Part shown: one piece after another, positions 8,623-17,503 of the stretch
How positions within the stretch are numbered: the first letter of the stretch is position 1
Layout of the letters: each line of letters begins with the position of its first letter
Source: Sphingomonadales bacterium
Lineage (GTDB): Bacteria > Pseudomonadota > Alphaproteobacteria > Sphingomonadales > Sphingomonadaceae
Assembly (NCBI GenBank): GCA_013297725.1
Contig: JAAFIB010000002.1
Location: 45,212-109,211, forward strand
Reading direction: 5' to 3'
Length of the DNA: 64,000 nucleotides
Position numbers and translations under genes: made by a program
The notes under the pieces: model-generated
Database searches by the model: none
The model's input: the letters and a program-made list of their open reading frames with translations, nothing else
Told to the model about the DNA's origin: nothing

Positions 8623-11493
8623 TTAGCCCGCTGGCTCGATCAACAATTTCCACGCTTTGTCGTCACGGAAGTATTTCCGCGCCAGTTCCTGAACGCGTGC
8701 CGGGGTGATCCCGGCATAGTCGCTATACAGCCTGCTTAACGCTGAGAATCGCTGAGGCGCATAGGTCGCGTTTTCCAACTGGTTCATCCAGAACTGGTTC
8801 CCGGTCATCACGCGGTCAACATATTGCTTCAGTGGCTCAGTCGCGCGTTGCAGTTCATCTGCGCTGACGGGGTTGGTTTTTAGATCCGCTGCAACCTCGG
8901 CTGCAAAGGCGTAAAAGCGGTCAACATCCTTTGGCTGCACTTGGCTATATGCCATCAAATAGCCGCCGGACCGAAACTCGTCGGGCCAGAAATTCTGCAT
9001 ATCTGGGCTATAGCTCGCCGCCTGTTCCGACCGGAATTTTTCGAACAAACGATCACGGAATACCGCCGCCAATATCTCTAGTTGGCGTCCCTCGCTGATC
9101 CCTGCCAAGCCGCCACCTGTCGGCCAAGCAACGATTGCCGAGGTCTGATCCTTTGGTCCTTTATGTGTCAGCCGGACGGGTTCAGCAGAGGCGGCTGGAA
9201 ACGTTGTGATATCCGCCCCCGCAGGCAAGGGCGCAGCAGCACGCTGCTTCATCGCGCCAAAGCTTCTGCCCAATGCCGCAACCGCCGCATCGCGTTTAAA
9301 ATCACCAAAGAGCAGGATTTCAACCGGACCGCTAGCCAATAACGGTTCCCAAAAACTGCGGAAGTTTTGCGGCGTCAGGGTTTTCACCTCGGCGGGTGTC
9401 GGCACTTTCCAGCGACCATCTTTCGATGTGGTCAGATATTGTAAGTCGCGCTGCATCATCGCCACCGCCGACATCTCAAAACTGTCATAGTCAGACGCAG
9501 CGATTGCCTTGGCCCGCTCTACTGGCGCTGGCTGCCAACCCGGGTTCTGCATTTTCGTTGCGATCAAAGTCAATTGATCCGCCAAATCCTCTGGCCGGGT
9601 TACAGCTGTCCATTCAAACGCATCGTTATCGACGCTAAAGCTTAGCTCCAGCCGCCTGCCGTTCATCATCTGGTCCAGTTGATTACGGTTAAGCTTTCCA
9701 ATGCCGTTTTCGCCCAGCACCATCGCGCCAGACCATAATAACCCGCCCTTGTCCGGAGCTACGGCCTGATATCCCCGACCAAAGCGTACCAGCACACGCA
9801 CCTGCCCCGCCTCAGCTGCATTGGGCCACAGCAACGCGCGCGTACCATTTGCAAACTCAAGGCTCTCCATATCAAACCGTTCGTGAATACGGCTTGCGGC
9901 AACTTTTCCTGGGCTGCCCAGCTTTGGCAGTTTATCAAAACTAACCGCTTTCGTGTCCAGCCGCGCAGTCTTGCTAGCCACCACCTTTGTTGTTAGCGCC
10001 TTTGCCAAGCGGGGTTCTGCATCGGCAATCGGGGTTGGCGCTGACAAGAATATCCGCTGCGCATCGGCGCTGAACAAAGCGCGCGTTGATTCCAGCAAGC
10101 GTTGCGGCGTGAATTTCGCGCGCATGCCGTCGAATACTTTGACGACAGTATCGGGAGCCGCCACCGTTTCGCGGATGTCCACAGCGCGGACAATGTTTTC
10201 CGCCTGTGCAGCAGCTGCCTCAAACGGATAGCTGTCGAGTTGTGTGCGGATAACGTCGGAGAACAACGCCAGCTCGCGTTCGATATCGCCCTGCGACGGC
10301 GGTGTTGCTGTGGCGTCGGCAATAACGCTGCGTACAGCTGTGACAGCTGCTTCCCAATCGTTGCCCAGCGGACGGATCGAGACAAAGGTAATGTCGCCAC
10401 TACGTGCCTCGTCGCGTTGCTCGACACCTGCATAAGTGAACGGTGCCCCGGCCCGTGCCTGTCCCTCTAGCCGCCGGTTGATGATCCGCTGCGCCAGTGC
10501 GTCGATCAATAGCTGTTCGTTGTACACGATCGTGTCGTTTACTTGCTCCCAAGGCCGCACATAAGCGATGCTGGCTACGGTTGGCAAAGTCGGGTCGAAG
10601 ATAGTCGCCGAAGTCTTTCCCTCGGCACTCGGCTTACCAAAATCGGGCTGCGCAGTCGCTGCGCCAGTGGCTGTCCAGTCGGCAAAATGCTTTTTAACAA
10701 GCGCCTCGAGCAGCGCTGGTTCGGTATCGCCTGCAATCACGACCACCGCATTTTCGGGCCGATACCAGCGTTTATGAAAAGCGCGCACTTTGTTGGCGCT
10801 TGCGGCCATTACCGTTTCTGGTGTGCCGATTGTGGAACGCTTGGACAATCGCTGCCCCTGAAACAGATGTTCGCGAAAGCGATTGCCGAATTCCAACTGT
10901 GCACCACTATTTTCGCGCAGTTCGGCAAGCACAATCGCGCGTTCGGCATTCAACGCAGTGTCCGAAATATTGGGCGCGCGCATCATGCCCGCCACGATCT
11001 TCATCGATTCTTCCAGCTTCGCTGCGTTGGCAGCGGGCAGATCAAGCTTATAGGTTGTTTGCGTCGGCGTAGTCTGCGCGTTGCTGTCGCTGCCAAAGCT
11101 AACGCCCAGCCGCTGCCAAATCCGTTTGGATTCGCCGTCAGGGACAAATTCGGAACCGCGAAAGGCAAGATGCTCCAGCAAATGGGCAAAGCCTTGCTCG
11201 TCATCTTCCTCATGCAGCGCGCCTGCATCTATGCGCACGCGGATCGATACTTGCCCCGCAGGAACTTCGTTGCGCTTAACCGCATAACGCAGGCCGTTTT
11301 CAAGCTCGCCAAAGGTCCAGCTGGTATCAACAGGAACGTCGCTGCCTTTATACAGCCACGGCACTTTCGCTGTATTTTCGGCACCAGTCGCAGCGGTGGC
11401 AGTGGCGGGCGCGGCATCCTCGGCCCATGCGGCGGGAGACAACAGCAGGCTGGATGCCAGCAGAACGATTTTGAGATGCGAAAATGTTTTCAT
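8623..11493 (-). CDS. M16 family (insulinase/PqqL-like) zinc peptidase
   Basis: Signal peptide, inverted zincin 'HLLEH', 'SNAQT', bilobed ~950 aa. Confidence 0.92.
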   Translation of the reverse strand: MKTFSHLKIVLLASSLLLSPAAWAEDAAPATATAATGAENTAKVPWLYKGSDVPVDTSWTFGELENGLRYAVKRNEVPAGQVSIRVRIDAGALHEEDDEQGFAHLLEHLAFRGSEFVPDGESKRIWQRLGVSFGSDSNAQTTPTQTTYKLDLPAANAAKLEESMKIVAGMMRAPNISDTALNAERAIVLAELRENSGAQLEFGNRFREHLFQGQRLSKRSTIGTPETVMAASANKVRAFHKRWYRPENAVVVIAGDTEPALLEALVKKHFADWTATGAATAQPDFGKPSAEGKTSATIFDPTLPTVASIAYVRPWEQVNDTIVYNEQLLIDALAQRIINRRLEGQARAGAPFTYAGVEQRDEARSGDITFVSIRPLGNDWEAAVTAVRSVIADATATPPSQGDIERELALFSDVIRTQLDSYPFEAAAAQAENIVRAVDIRETVAAPDTVVKVFDGMRAKFTPQRLLESTRALFSADAQRIFLSAPTPIADAEPRLAKALTTKVVASKTARLDTKAVSFDKLPKLGSPGKVAASRIHERFDMESLEFANGTRALLWPNAAEAGQVRVLVRFGRGYQAVAPDKGGLLWSGAMVLGENGIGKLNRNQLDQMMNGRRLELSFSVDNDAFEWTAVTRPEDLADQLTLIATKMQNPGWQPAPVERAKAIAASDYDSFEMSAVAMMQRDLQYLTTSKDGRWKVPTPAEVKTLTPQNFRSFWEPLLASGPVEILLFGDFKRDAAVAALGRSFGAMKQRAAAPLPAGADITTFPAASAEPVRLTHKGPKDQTSAIVAWPTGGGLAGISEGRQLEILAAVFRDRLFEKFRSEQAASYSPDMQNFWPDEFRSGGYLMAYSQVQPKDVDRFYAFAAEVAADLKTNPVSADELQRATEPLKQYVDRVMTGNQFWMNQLENATYAPQRFSALSRLYSDYAGITPARVQELARKYFRDDKAWKLLIEPAG

Positions 11494-11544
11494 TACGGCC
11501 TTCACTGGTGGTTTTCGCCTTGCTGGCGGATGAACGAGCCGCAG

Positions 11545-12303
11545 TTAAATGCCGCCGTCGACAACCTCACGCCCGATTTCCTGAAGCCCCGCCTTCAATG
11601 CGGCAACGCATGTATTCAAGATATGCGCGTCGGTGGAGCGCACCACAAAATTGGCGCCAACACGGCCTTCGCGGAAAAACGGATAGCTTCCGATCTGGCA
11701 ACCGTCATGCGCCTTTTCGGTATCACGCAGCAGAACGGCAATCTCGCTTTCCGCCACCCAACAGCCCAGCTGATGCGACAGCAATGGCGCGCCGCCCTCC
11801 AACGTGCCGGTCAGCGCGTCGAGCATCCCTGCGGTAATGTGCGGCACACCCGCCATGATGAAAATGTTCTCAACCTTTATCCCCGGTGCGCCCGACATTT
11901 TGTTGGCGATCAAGTCCGCTCCTTCGGGAACACGCGCCATCCGCAACCGGCCCTCGTTCACGCCGCCGCGCGTTTCGTAATAGCGCTCAAGAATTTCCTT
12001 TGCCACCGGATGCAGCACCACCGGCACGCCCAAAGCCGCGGCAATTGCGTCAACGGTAATATCATCATGCGTCGGCCCGATACCGCCGGTTGTAAACAGA
12101 TAATCGTTGCGCGCGCGAAGCGTATTGACCGCCTCGACAATCGCATCCTCTACATCCGGCACTACGCGCACCTCGCGCAGACGAATGCCTTGCACATTCA
12201 GCCATAGGGCAATCTGGCTGATATTCTTATCCTGCGTGCGGCCAGACAGGATCTCATCGCCGATGATAACAAGGGCTGCGGTGTAGATGCGGGTGTTGGT
12301 CAT
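11545..12303 (-). CDS. Competence/damage-inducible protein A-like (molybdopterin-binding domain)
   Basis: 'IIGDEILSGRTQDKN', 'TTGGIGPTHDDIT'. Confidence 0.9.
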   Translation of the reverse strand: MTNTRIYTAALVIIGDEILSGRTQDKNISQIALWLNVQGIRLREVRVVPDVEDAIVEAVNTLRARNDYLFTTGGIGPTHDDITVDAIAAALGVPVVLHPVAKEILERYYETRGGVNEGRLRMARVPEGADLIANKMSGAPGIKVENIFIMAGVPHITAGMLDALTGTLEGGAPLLSHQLGCWVAESEIAVLLRDTEKAHDGCQIGSYPFFREGRVGANFVVRSTDAHILNTCVAALKAGLQEIGREVVDGGI

Positions 12304-12358
12304 AACAGGGGCTTAGCGATAAAGTTTGGTGTGGGGTAGTGTTTTACCGAAGAAAGGG

Positions 12359-12525
12359 TTTCGCGCAGAGACGCAGAGGAAGCAGAGACCGCAGAGAATT
12401 TTTATCGAGCCGAAGGCTCATTATTGATTAGCGACGATAGGGGCTGCAAAGCACTTAATTTGTATGCGGCTTCGCCGGAAATTTCTTCTCTGCGGTCTCT
12501 GCTTCCTCTGCGTCTCTGCGCGAAA
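12359..12525. repeat. MITE/REPIN-like element with perfect 40-bp inverted repeats
   Basis: 12359-12398 TTTCGCGCAGAGACGCAGAGGAAGCAGAGACCGCAGAGAA is the exact reverse complement of 12486-12525. Confidence 0.9.
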
Positions 12526-12581
12526 CACACTAAAAAACGCAACACTCGCAAAACCCGTCAACACACGCTATATCCCGATCC

Positions 12582-13409
12582 ATGAACCAATATGCAGTCG
12601 TTACCGCCGATGAGGCTTTTCAATCCCGTGACGGGGTTATCAAATTACACGGGGCAGATGGCTTCGCCGGAATGCGGGCCGCAGGGCGGCTGGCGGCGGA
12701 GATATTGGACGAGCTGACCAAGCATGTTGTCCCCGGCGTCAGCACAGCCGAGATTGACGACATCGTCCGCGAGATGACGTTAAAGGGTGGCGCGGTTCCG
12801 GCGACCTTGGGCTATCGCGGCTATACGCACAGCTGCTGCACCAGCATCAACCATGTCATCTGCCACGGCATTCCGTCGGACAAAAAACTGCGCGACGGCG
12901 ATATTGTTAATGTTGATGTTACCCCGATGCTGGATGGCTGGCACGGCGATACCAGCCGCATGTTCCTTGTCGGTGATGTCCCGGTAAAGGCGCGGCGGTT
13001 GGTCGATGTGACCTATGAATGCCTGATGCTGGGTATCGAGGCGGCAAAGCCCGGCAATCGCATCGGCGACATCGGCCACGCGATCCAAACACATGCCGAG
13101 GGCCACCGCTACGGCGTCGTCCGCGAATTTTGCGGGCACGGTCTGGGCCGTTTGTTCCATGACGCGCCAGAGATTGTCCATGCGGGACGGCCCGGCACCG
13201 GCCCCCTGTTGAAACCCGGCATGATCTTTACCATCGAGCCCATGATCAACATCGGCAAACCGCATGGCAAAGTGTTGGAAGACGGCTGGACAGCAGTAAC
13301 GCGGGACCGTTCGCTTTCGGCGCAGTTTGAACACAGCATCGGCATTACCGAGGATGGCTGCGAGATTTTTACTGCCAGCCCCAAGGGGTTGCATAAGCCG
13401 CCTTATTGA
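12582..13409 (+). CDS. map: Type I methionine aminopeptidase
   Basis: 'SINHVICHGIP', 'DVTP...DTSRMF', 'GHGLG..FH', 'FTIEPM', 'AQFEHSIGIT'. Confidence 0.96.
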   Translation: MNQYAVVTADEAFQSRDGVIKLHGADGFAGMRAAGRLAAEILDELTKHVVPGVSTAEIDDIVREMTLKGGAVPATLGYRGYTHSCCTSINHVICHGIPSDKKLRDGDIVNVDVTPMLDGWHGDTSRMFLVGDVPVKARRLVDVTYECLMLGIEAAKPGNRIGDIGHAIQTHAEGHRYGVVREFCGHGLGRLFHDAPEIVHAGRPGTGPLLKPGMIFTIEPMINIGKPHGKVLEDGWTAVTRDRSLSAQFEHSIGITEDGCEIFTASPKGLHKPPY

Positions 13410-14290
13410 GCTTTAGGTGCTTGTGGGCCGACGACAAGCTCACGCTTAACAACTACAGAACTTACGCTATCCTCCACTTCGCCGTCGGGCTTCTCAACCC
13501 GCAAGGTTGTGATTTTTGCGCGCTTAATGATGAGACCGGCCAAGTTTGTTTTGATAACAATCGAGATCGTGCCAGATATTTTGTGAGCGTCTTGCTCTTT
13601 CAATGCATCTTCCAGAGACTTCGCTTCGCGCATAATGTTTCCGACGATTACCGCCGATTTTGCGGTCGTCTGTTTTACTTTGTCAGGATCGATCGGCAGC
13701 TCGACAGCATATGTTGAACCTGTTTCGTCGCTGTCTCTCAGATGCAATGGCACGGGTATCAGCGCATCAGCATCGTGATAAAGTTGCCCTTCGGACAAGT
13801 TCGCTGGCCACAAATCATACTGCTCAACGATTCCTAATGCGGAAGCAGGATCGCATTCGATTTTGAAGGCACTCCACGTAAATATCCACTGTTCGCAAGC
13901 TTCGCGTGGGAATTTCGCTTTTTTTAGCCAAGGGTCAACTCGGGCTTCAAGTTCTGCGGCGTTTAGCAACGAGGATTCGCCTTCGAACGGACGAAAAATG
14001 CGGGCAGGCAATTGCCAAGTGTTTCGTTTGTCCCTCCCGTCTTTCTCTAATGGCTCCTCATATTCCAGTTCGAGTCCGTTTTCGTCTATTCGAAGCACGC
14101 GCTCGATAATTGTCGTGTGTCCACTGGACTCGCTTGAGGAATTTCCGTTGGTTTCTGAGCTATTTTCGTAGCTAAGCAAGATTTCGAAAACGTCACCCGC
14201 TTTGGCTGGACCGGACGAAGCCTGACTTGGTATTGCGGAGGCAACGACGGTAGCAGCAAAGAACAATAAGGATCGGATGAATTGCATCAT
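13403..14290 (-). CDS. Secreted hypothetical protein
   Basis: 295-aa ORF with signal peptide, looks AT-richer than its neighbours, coupled to the RES gene (ATGA overlap). Confidence 0.7.
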   Translation of the reverse strand: MMQFIRSLLFFAATVVASAIPSQASSGPAKAGDVFEILLSYENSSETNGNSSSESSGHTTIIERVLRIDENGLELEYEEPLEKDGRDKRNTWQLPARIFRPFEGESSLLNAAELEARVDPWLKKAKFPREACEQWIFTWSAFKIECDPASALGIVEQYDLWPANLSEGQLYHDADALIPVPLHLRDSDETGSTYAVELPIDPDKVKQTTAKSAVIVGNIMREAKSLEDALKEQDAHKISGTISIVIKTNLAGLIIKRAKITTLRVEKPDGEVEDSVSSVVVKRELVVGPQAPKAQ

Positions 14291-14787
14291 GTTCCTAACC
14301 TATTCTCAGGATCATAAACCACAACCCTGTTCAGCGCTCGATCTCCCCAGCGCCATAGCACCAGATTGGTCGACCCCGCCGCAATGCCCGGTACAAAACT
14401 CGGCACCAGCGCGCCGCTATAGCCTTTTTTCATCAGCGCCTTTGCCACTGCTTGCGACGGCGCAACCTTGCCTGCGCGTTGATGGGTCAGCCACGCACAG
14501 GCCATATCCTCAAACGCCACGCCCTCTGCTTTGCGCATCGCGGGGTCGGTCAGGTCGATGATGTCGGCGCAGTCAATATCATATTCGCACAGGGTCAGCG
14601 GCAGCATGCGGTTGGCGAAGCCTTGCGTGCATTCGGCAAGCGCCGTGATCGGGGACAGCGAAAGATACAGCGCCTCTTGCCCCTTAATATTAAACCGCCC
14701 GCCCGTAATCGCCGCCCCGCGCCCCGACAGCGGCTGCCACGACCAGCGCGGATCATGCGCGCGGTAGGCGCGGCCTTTATAGTTCAT
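14287..14787 (-). CDS. RES-domain toxin (NAD+ phosphorylase family)
   Basis: R-E-S motifs 'GGRFN...ALYLS...TALAE' and 'GALVPSF...NLVLW'. Confidence 0.9.
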   Translation of the reverse strand: MNYKGRAYRAHDPRWSWQPLSGRGAAITGGRFNIKGQEALYLSLSPITALAECTQGFANRMLPLTLCEYDIDCADIIDLTDPAMRKAEGVAFEDMACAWLTHQRAGKVAPSQAVAKALMKKGYSGALVPSFVPGIAAGSTNLVLWRWGDRALNRVVVYDPENRLGT

Positions 14788-14804
14788 CGAACGACAGCCA
14801 TAAC

Positions 14805-14914
14805 CTAGAAACCATTAGTGCTGAGCCTGTCGAAGCACGTCCAGCAGTCATACACGGCAGTCGAAAACTTGGGACACCCTTCGACAGGCTCAGGGCTAAC
14901 GATTTTGGACTAGA
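14805..14914. repeat. REP-like palindromic element between antitoxin and toxin genes
   Basis: CTGAGCCTGTCGAAG (14821-14835) and CTTCGACAGGCTCAG (14879-14893) form a perfect 15-bp IR; CTAGA occurs at both ends (14805, 14910). Confidence 0.85.
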
Positions 14915-14929
14915 GCACGGCACTGGCAA

Positions 14930-15379
14930 TCAGGCAAACCCACCCAGCGCCATATGATCCAGATAATCACGCACCGCCGCTGCATCACCCGATTTCACCA
15001 GCATTTCAGCTGTGCGGCCATCCAATGCGGGGATGGGTTGCGAACGATACCAGGCCATTGCCTGTGTTTCGGATCCAGCCCAATCTTTGACGCGTGCGAT
15101 GATTTCCAACATTTCGGTCATCCTTCCCTGTGCCTTGGGCGTTTTCATACGATCCGTTTTAATGACGGTGGCCAGCGGCAAACCAACGGTTTCGGCCAAC
15201 TGCGCCTTTGACATGCGGAACAGATCAGCAAGCCGCGATATATCGACGTGCCCAGCCTTAGTGAAATAGCCCGCAAGGTAGATTTCAGGCGACAGCTGTT
15301 CAAAGACAGGCACGCCCCGAAACGCAAGCGGCACTTCGCGGAGCTGGTTAGGAGAAGCATTTGCCATTATATTGTCCAA
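14930..15379 (-). CDS. Antitoxin, Xre/MbcA/ParS family (DUF2384)
   Basis: HTH-like N-terminal part plus 'AMAWYRSQPIPALDGRTAEMLV..G' toxin-binding domain; lies upstream of the RES gene. Confidence 0.9.
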   Translation of the reverse strand: MDNIMANASPNQLREVPLAFRGVPVFEQLSPEIYLAGYFTKAGHVDISRLADLFRMSKAQLAETVGLPLATVIKTDRMKTPKAQGRMTEMLEIIARVKDWAGSETQAMAWYRSQPIPALDGRTAEMLVKSGDAAAVRDYLDHMALGGFA

Positions 15380-15463
15380 TATTTTGACTTGATACAGGAC
15401 ATATATATGGACGTTATCGGATTGTCAACAGTCTCGTAGAATGTCTGGCAGTGGTACGAACGA

Positions 15464-16402
15464 TTAAAGCCGCAGTCCTGCGGTTTCATCCAGCCCGGCC
15501 ATGATGTTCAAATTCTGCACCGCCGCGCCGCTGGCGCCTTTGCCCAGATTGTCGAGCATCGCCATCAGCCGCACCTGATCGCCCTTGGGCGAGCCCATAA
15601 CGTAAAGGTCCAGCCGGTCGCTCGGTTCCTGTGTGTTGAGGATCAGCAATTCGGACGGGGCCATTTCAGCGTGAACAGTGACCAAAGGCGATCCTGCATA
15701 ATGCGCGGCCAGCGCCTCGCGCATTTCATCGGGGCTGTCGCTGCCCGGCATGACCGAGATCGGCAGCGGGATTTCTACCATCATGCCGCGAAACGCCTTG
15801 ACGACAGCGGGCGAAAAAATGGGCGCGAGTGCGAGGCCGGCGTGGCGCTGCATCTCTGGCACATGCTTGTGATCAAGATCGAGGCCATAGGTGCGAAAAC
15901 CGATGTCACCGCCGCCTTCACCCTCAAACCGTTCGATCAAAGCTTTGCCGCCGCCTGAATAGCCAGAGACGGCATTGACTGTGTAGGGCCAGTCATCGGG
16001 GATCAGCCTAGCCTTTACCAGCGGTGCCACCAACGCGAGGAAGCCAGTCGGGTAACAGCCGGGGTTGGATACCAACCGCGCGCCCTCAATCCGGTCATGC
16101 TGTCCGTTACGAAATTCGGGGAAGCCATAGGCCCAGTTCTGGTCGACGCGGTGTGCGGTTGATGCGTCGATAATGCGCGTAGTTGTCGACGTCGTCATTG
16201 CTACGGCCTCTTTGGCTGCATCATCGGGTAGGCACAGGATAACGAAATCGGCATCGTTTAACGCTTCGCGACGGGCGGCGGGGTCTTTGCGTTTGTCATC
16301 GGGCAAGATGATCTGTGTGAATTCAGCACGGCCCGAAAGCCTGTCAGCGATTTCTAGGCCGGTGGTGCCGACGGCTCCATCGATGAAGATGGTTTTGATC
16401 AT
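15464..16402 (-). CDS. argC: N-acetyl-gamma-glutamyl-phosphate reductase (short type)
   Basis: 'IFIDGAVGTTG', 'VSNPGCYPTG', 'SGYSGGG', 'DNLGKGASGAAVQN'. Confidence 0.95.
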   Translation of the reverse strand: MIKTIFIDGAVGTTGLEIADRLSGRAEFTQIILPDDKRKDPAARREALNDADFVILCLPDDAAKEAVAMTTSTTTRIIDASTAHRVDQNWAYGFPEFRNGQHDRIEGARLVSNPGCYPTGFLALVAPLVKARLIPDDWPYTVNAVSGYSGGGKALIERFEGEGGGDIGFRTYGLDLDHKHVPEMQRHAGLALAPIFSPAVVKAFRGMMVEIPLPISVMPGSDSPDEMREALAAHYAGSPLVTVHAEMAPSELLILNTQEPSDRLDLYVMGSPKGDQVRLMAMLDNLGKGASGAAVQNLNIMAGLDETAGLRL

Positions 16403-16403
16403 A

Positions 16404-16554
16404 ATCCTCTCCCTTTACGGGAGAGGATAGGAAAACTTGGTAGCTTGCTGCCTAGTTGTAGTTGGAGAGGGTGTGCTAACCTGACTCCCTCTCCAAGACT
16501 TGCTAGGAAACAAGTTTCCAAGCCAAGTCTATCCTCTCCCGCAAGGGGAGAGGA
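16404..16554. repeat. Composite REP-like element (CCTCTCCC/GGGAGAGG family)
   Basis: Terminal hairpins ATCCTCTCCC-tttac-GGGAGAGGAT (16404-16428) and TCCTCTCCC-gcaag-GGGAGAGGA (16532-16554); inner GGAGAGGG...CCCTCTCC flanked by CTAG. Confidence 0.85.
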
Positions 16555-16574
16555 ATTTAAGGGAACGCTGACAC

Positions 16575-17474
16575 TCACACTACCACCCGCTTACGCGCCA
16601 GTATCGCCACATCATGCTCAGCAAATCTTGCCGCCGCGTCTGCCAGCGGCTCCACCGAGACCGCCATTGCCGCGGCATTGGCGTGGATCAGGTTTTCACC
16701 ATCGGCCATAATGCCAACATGCCCGGGGAAGAATACCAGATCACCGCGTTGCAGCGCATCACCCTCGCCTAGCTCAACCCCAAAGTCAGCCTGCTGCATA
16801 TCAGCATCGCGGGGGGCCGAAATCCCTTTCAGGCCAAAGACCAACTGCACCAGCCCCGAACAATCAATCGCATCGCCGCTGCGCCCGCCCCAGCTATAGG
16901 GTGTGCCGATCAGGCTTTCGGCTAAATCTGCAGGTGTGCCTGCAACTTTACCAATTTCGGATAGATGCGTTACTGGCATCCAGCCATTTTCGCACGCGAT
17001 GAACTTTCCGCATTCGCTGATCTCGCCGCAAATAATCCGCGCGCCCATGGGATAGCGGGCAAGCACGGGATCCTTAATCGACGGTCCTGCGACCAAAAGC
17101 GATGCAGGCGCGCTGACGATATGCGTTGCGGTAAAATCATCGCCCAATTCGGCAAAGCGCAGATAGCCCAGATAGTCATCATGCAGGCAATAGCCCCAGG
17201 CCCATTCGCCCGCGATATCGAGCACCGCAAATTCTTCGCCGTGCATCAGCGCGCTGACCGGCTGAGACGTTACATGCGGTTCGGCATGGATTTCGGTGAC
17301 AGGTGCAATCCCTGTGCGCAGCATCGGCACTGCATAATGCGGCGCAAACAGCTTGCCCGCTAGTTTAATGTCGGCCAAATCGCCGCGGATCGGCGTCGTC
17401 CGCGCATCGCCTTCGATGCTGTGGCCGCTCAACCGGAATGTCTGACGCGGTGGTGGTGAACTGATGCTACCCAA
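16575..17474 (-). CDS. NlpC/P60 (C40) peptidase with SH3-like domain
   Basis: 'PYSWGG...IDCSGLVQ', 'LVFFPGHVGI...LIHAN'. Confidence 0.92.
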   Translation of the reverse strand: MGSISSPPPRQTFRLSGHSIEGDARTTPIRGDLADIKLAGKLFAPHYAVPMLRTGIAPVTEIHAEPHVTSQPVSALMHGEEFAVLDIAGEWAWGYCLHDDYLGYLRFAELGDDFTATHIVSAPASLLVAGPSIKDPVLARYPMGARIICGEISECGKFIACENGWMPVTHLSEIGKVAGTPADLAESLIGTPYSWGGRSGDAIDCSGLVQLVFGLKGISAPRDADMQQADFGVELGEGDALQRGDLVFFPGHVGIMADGENLIHANAAAMAVSVEPLADAAARFAEHDVAILARKRVVV

Positions 17475-17503
17475 TGTCTGGTCCCTGCTCTATTACAGCG
17501 GCT

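Noticed and set aside
10543-12207. 554-aa + strand ORF
   Set aside because: Antisense shadow of the M16 peptidase and cinA-like genes; no family motifs.
12359-12398. GCAGAG repeats as a CRISPR array or microsatellite
   Set aside because: Units are 6 bp with 2-3 bp gaps and mirrored in an inverted arm; no spacers, no cas genes.
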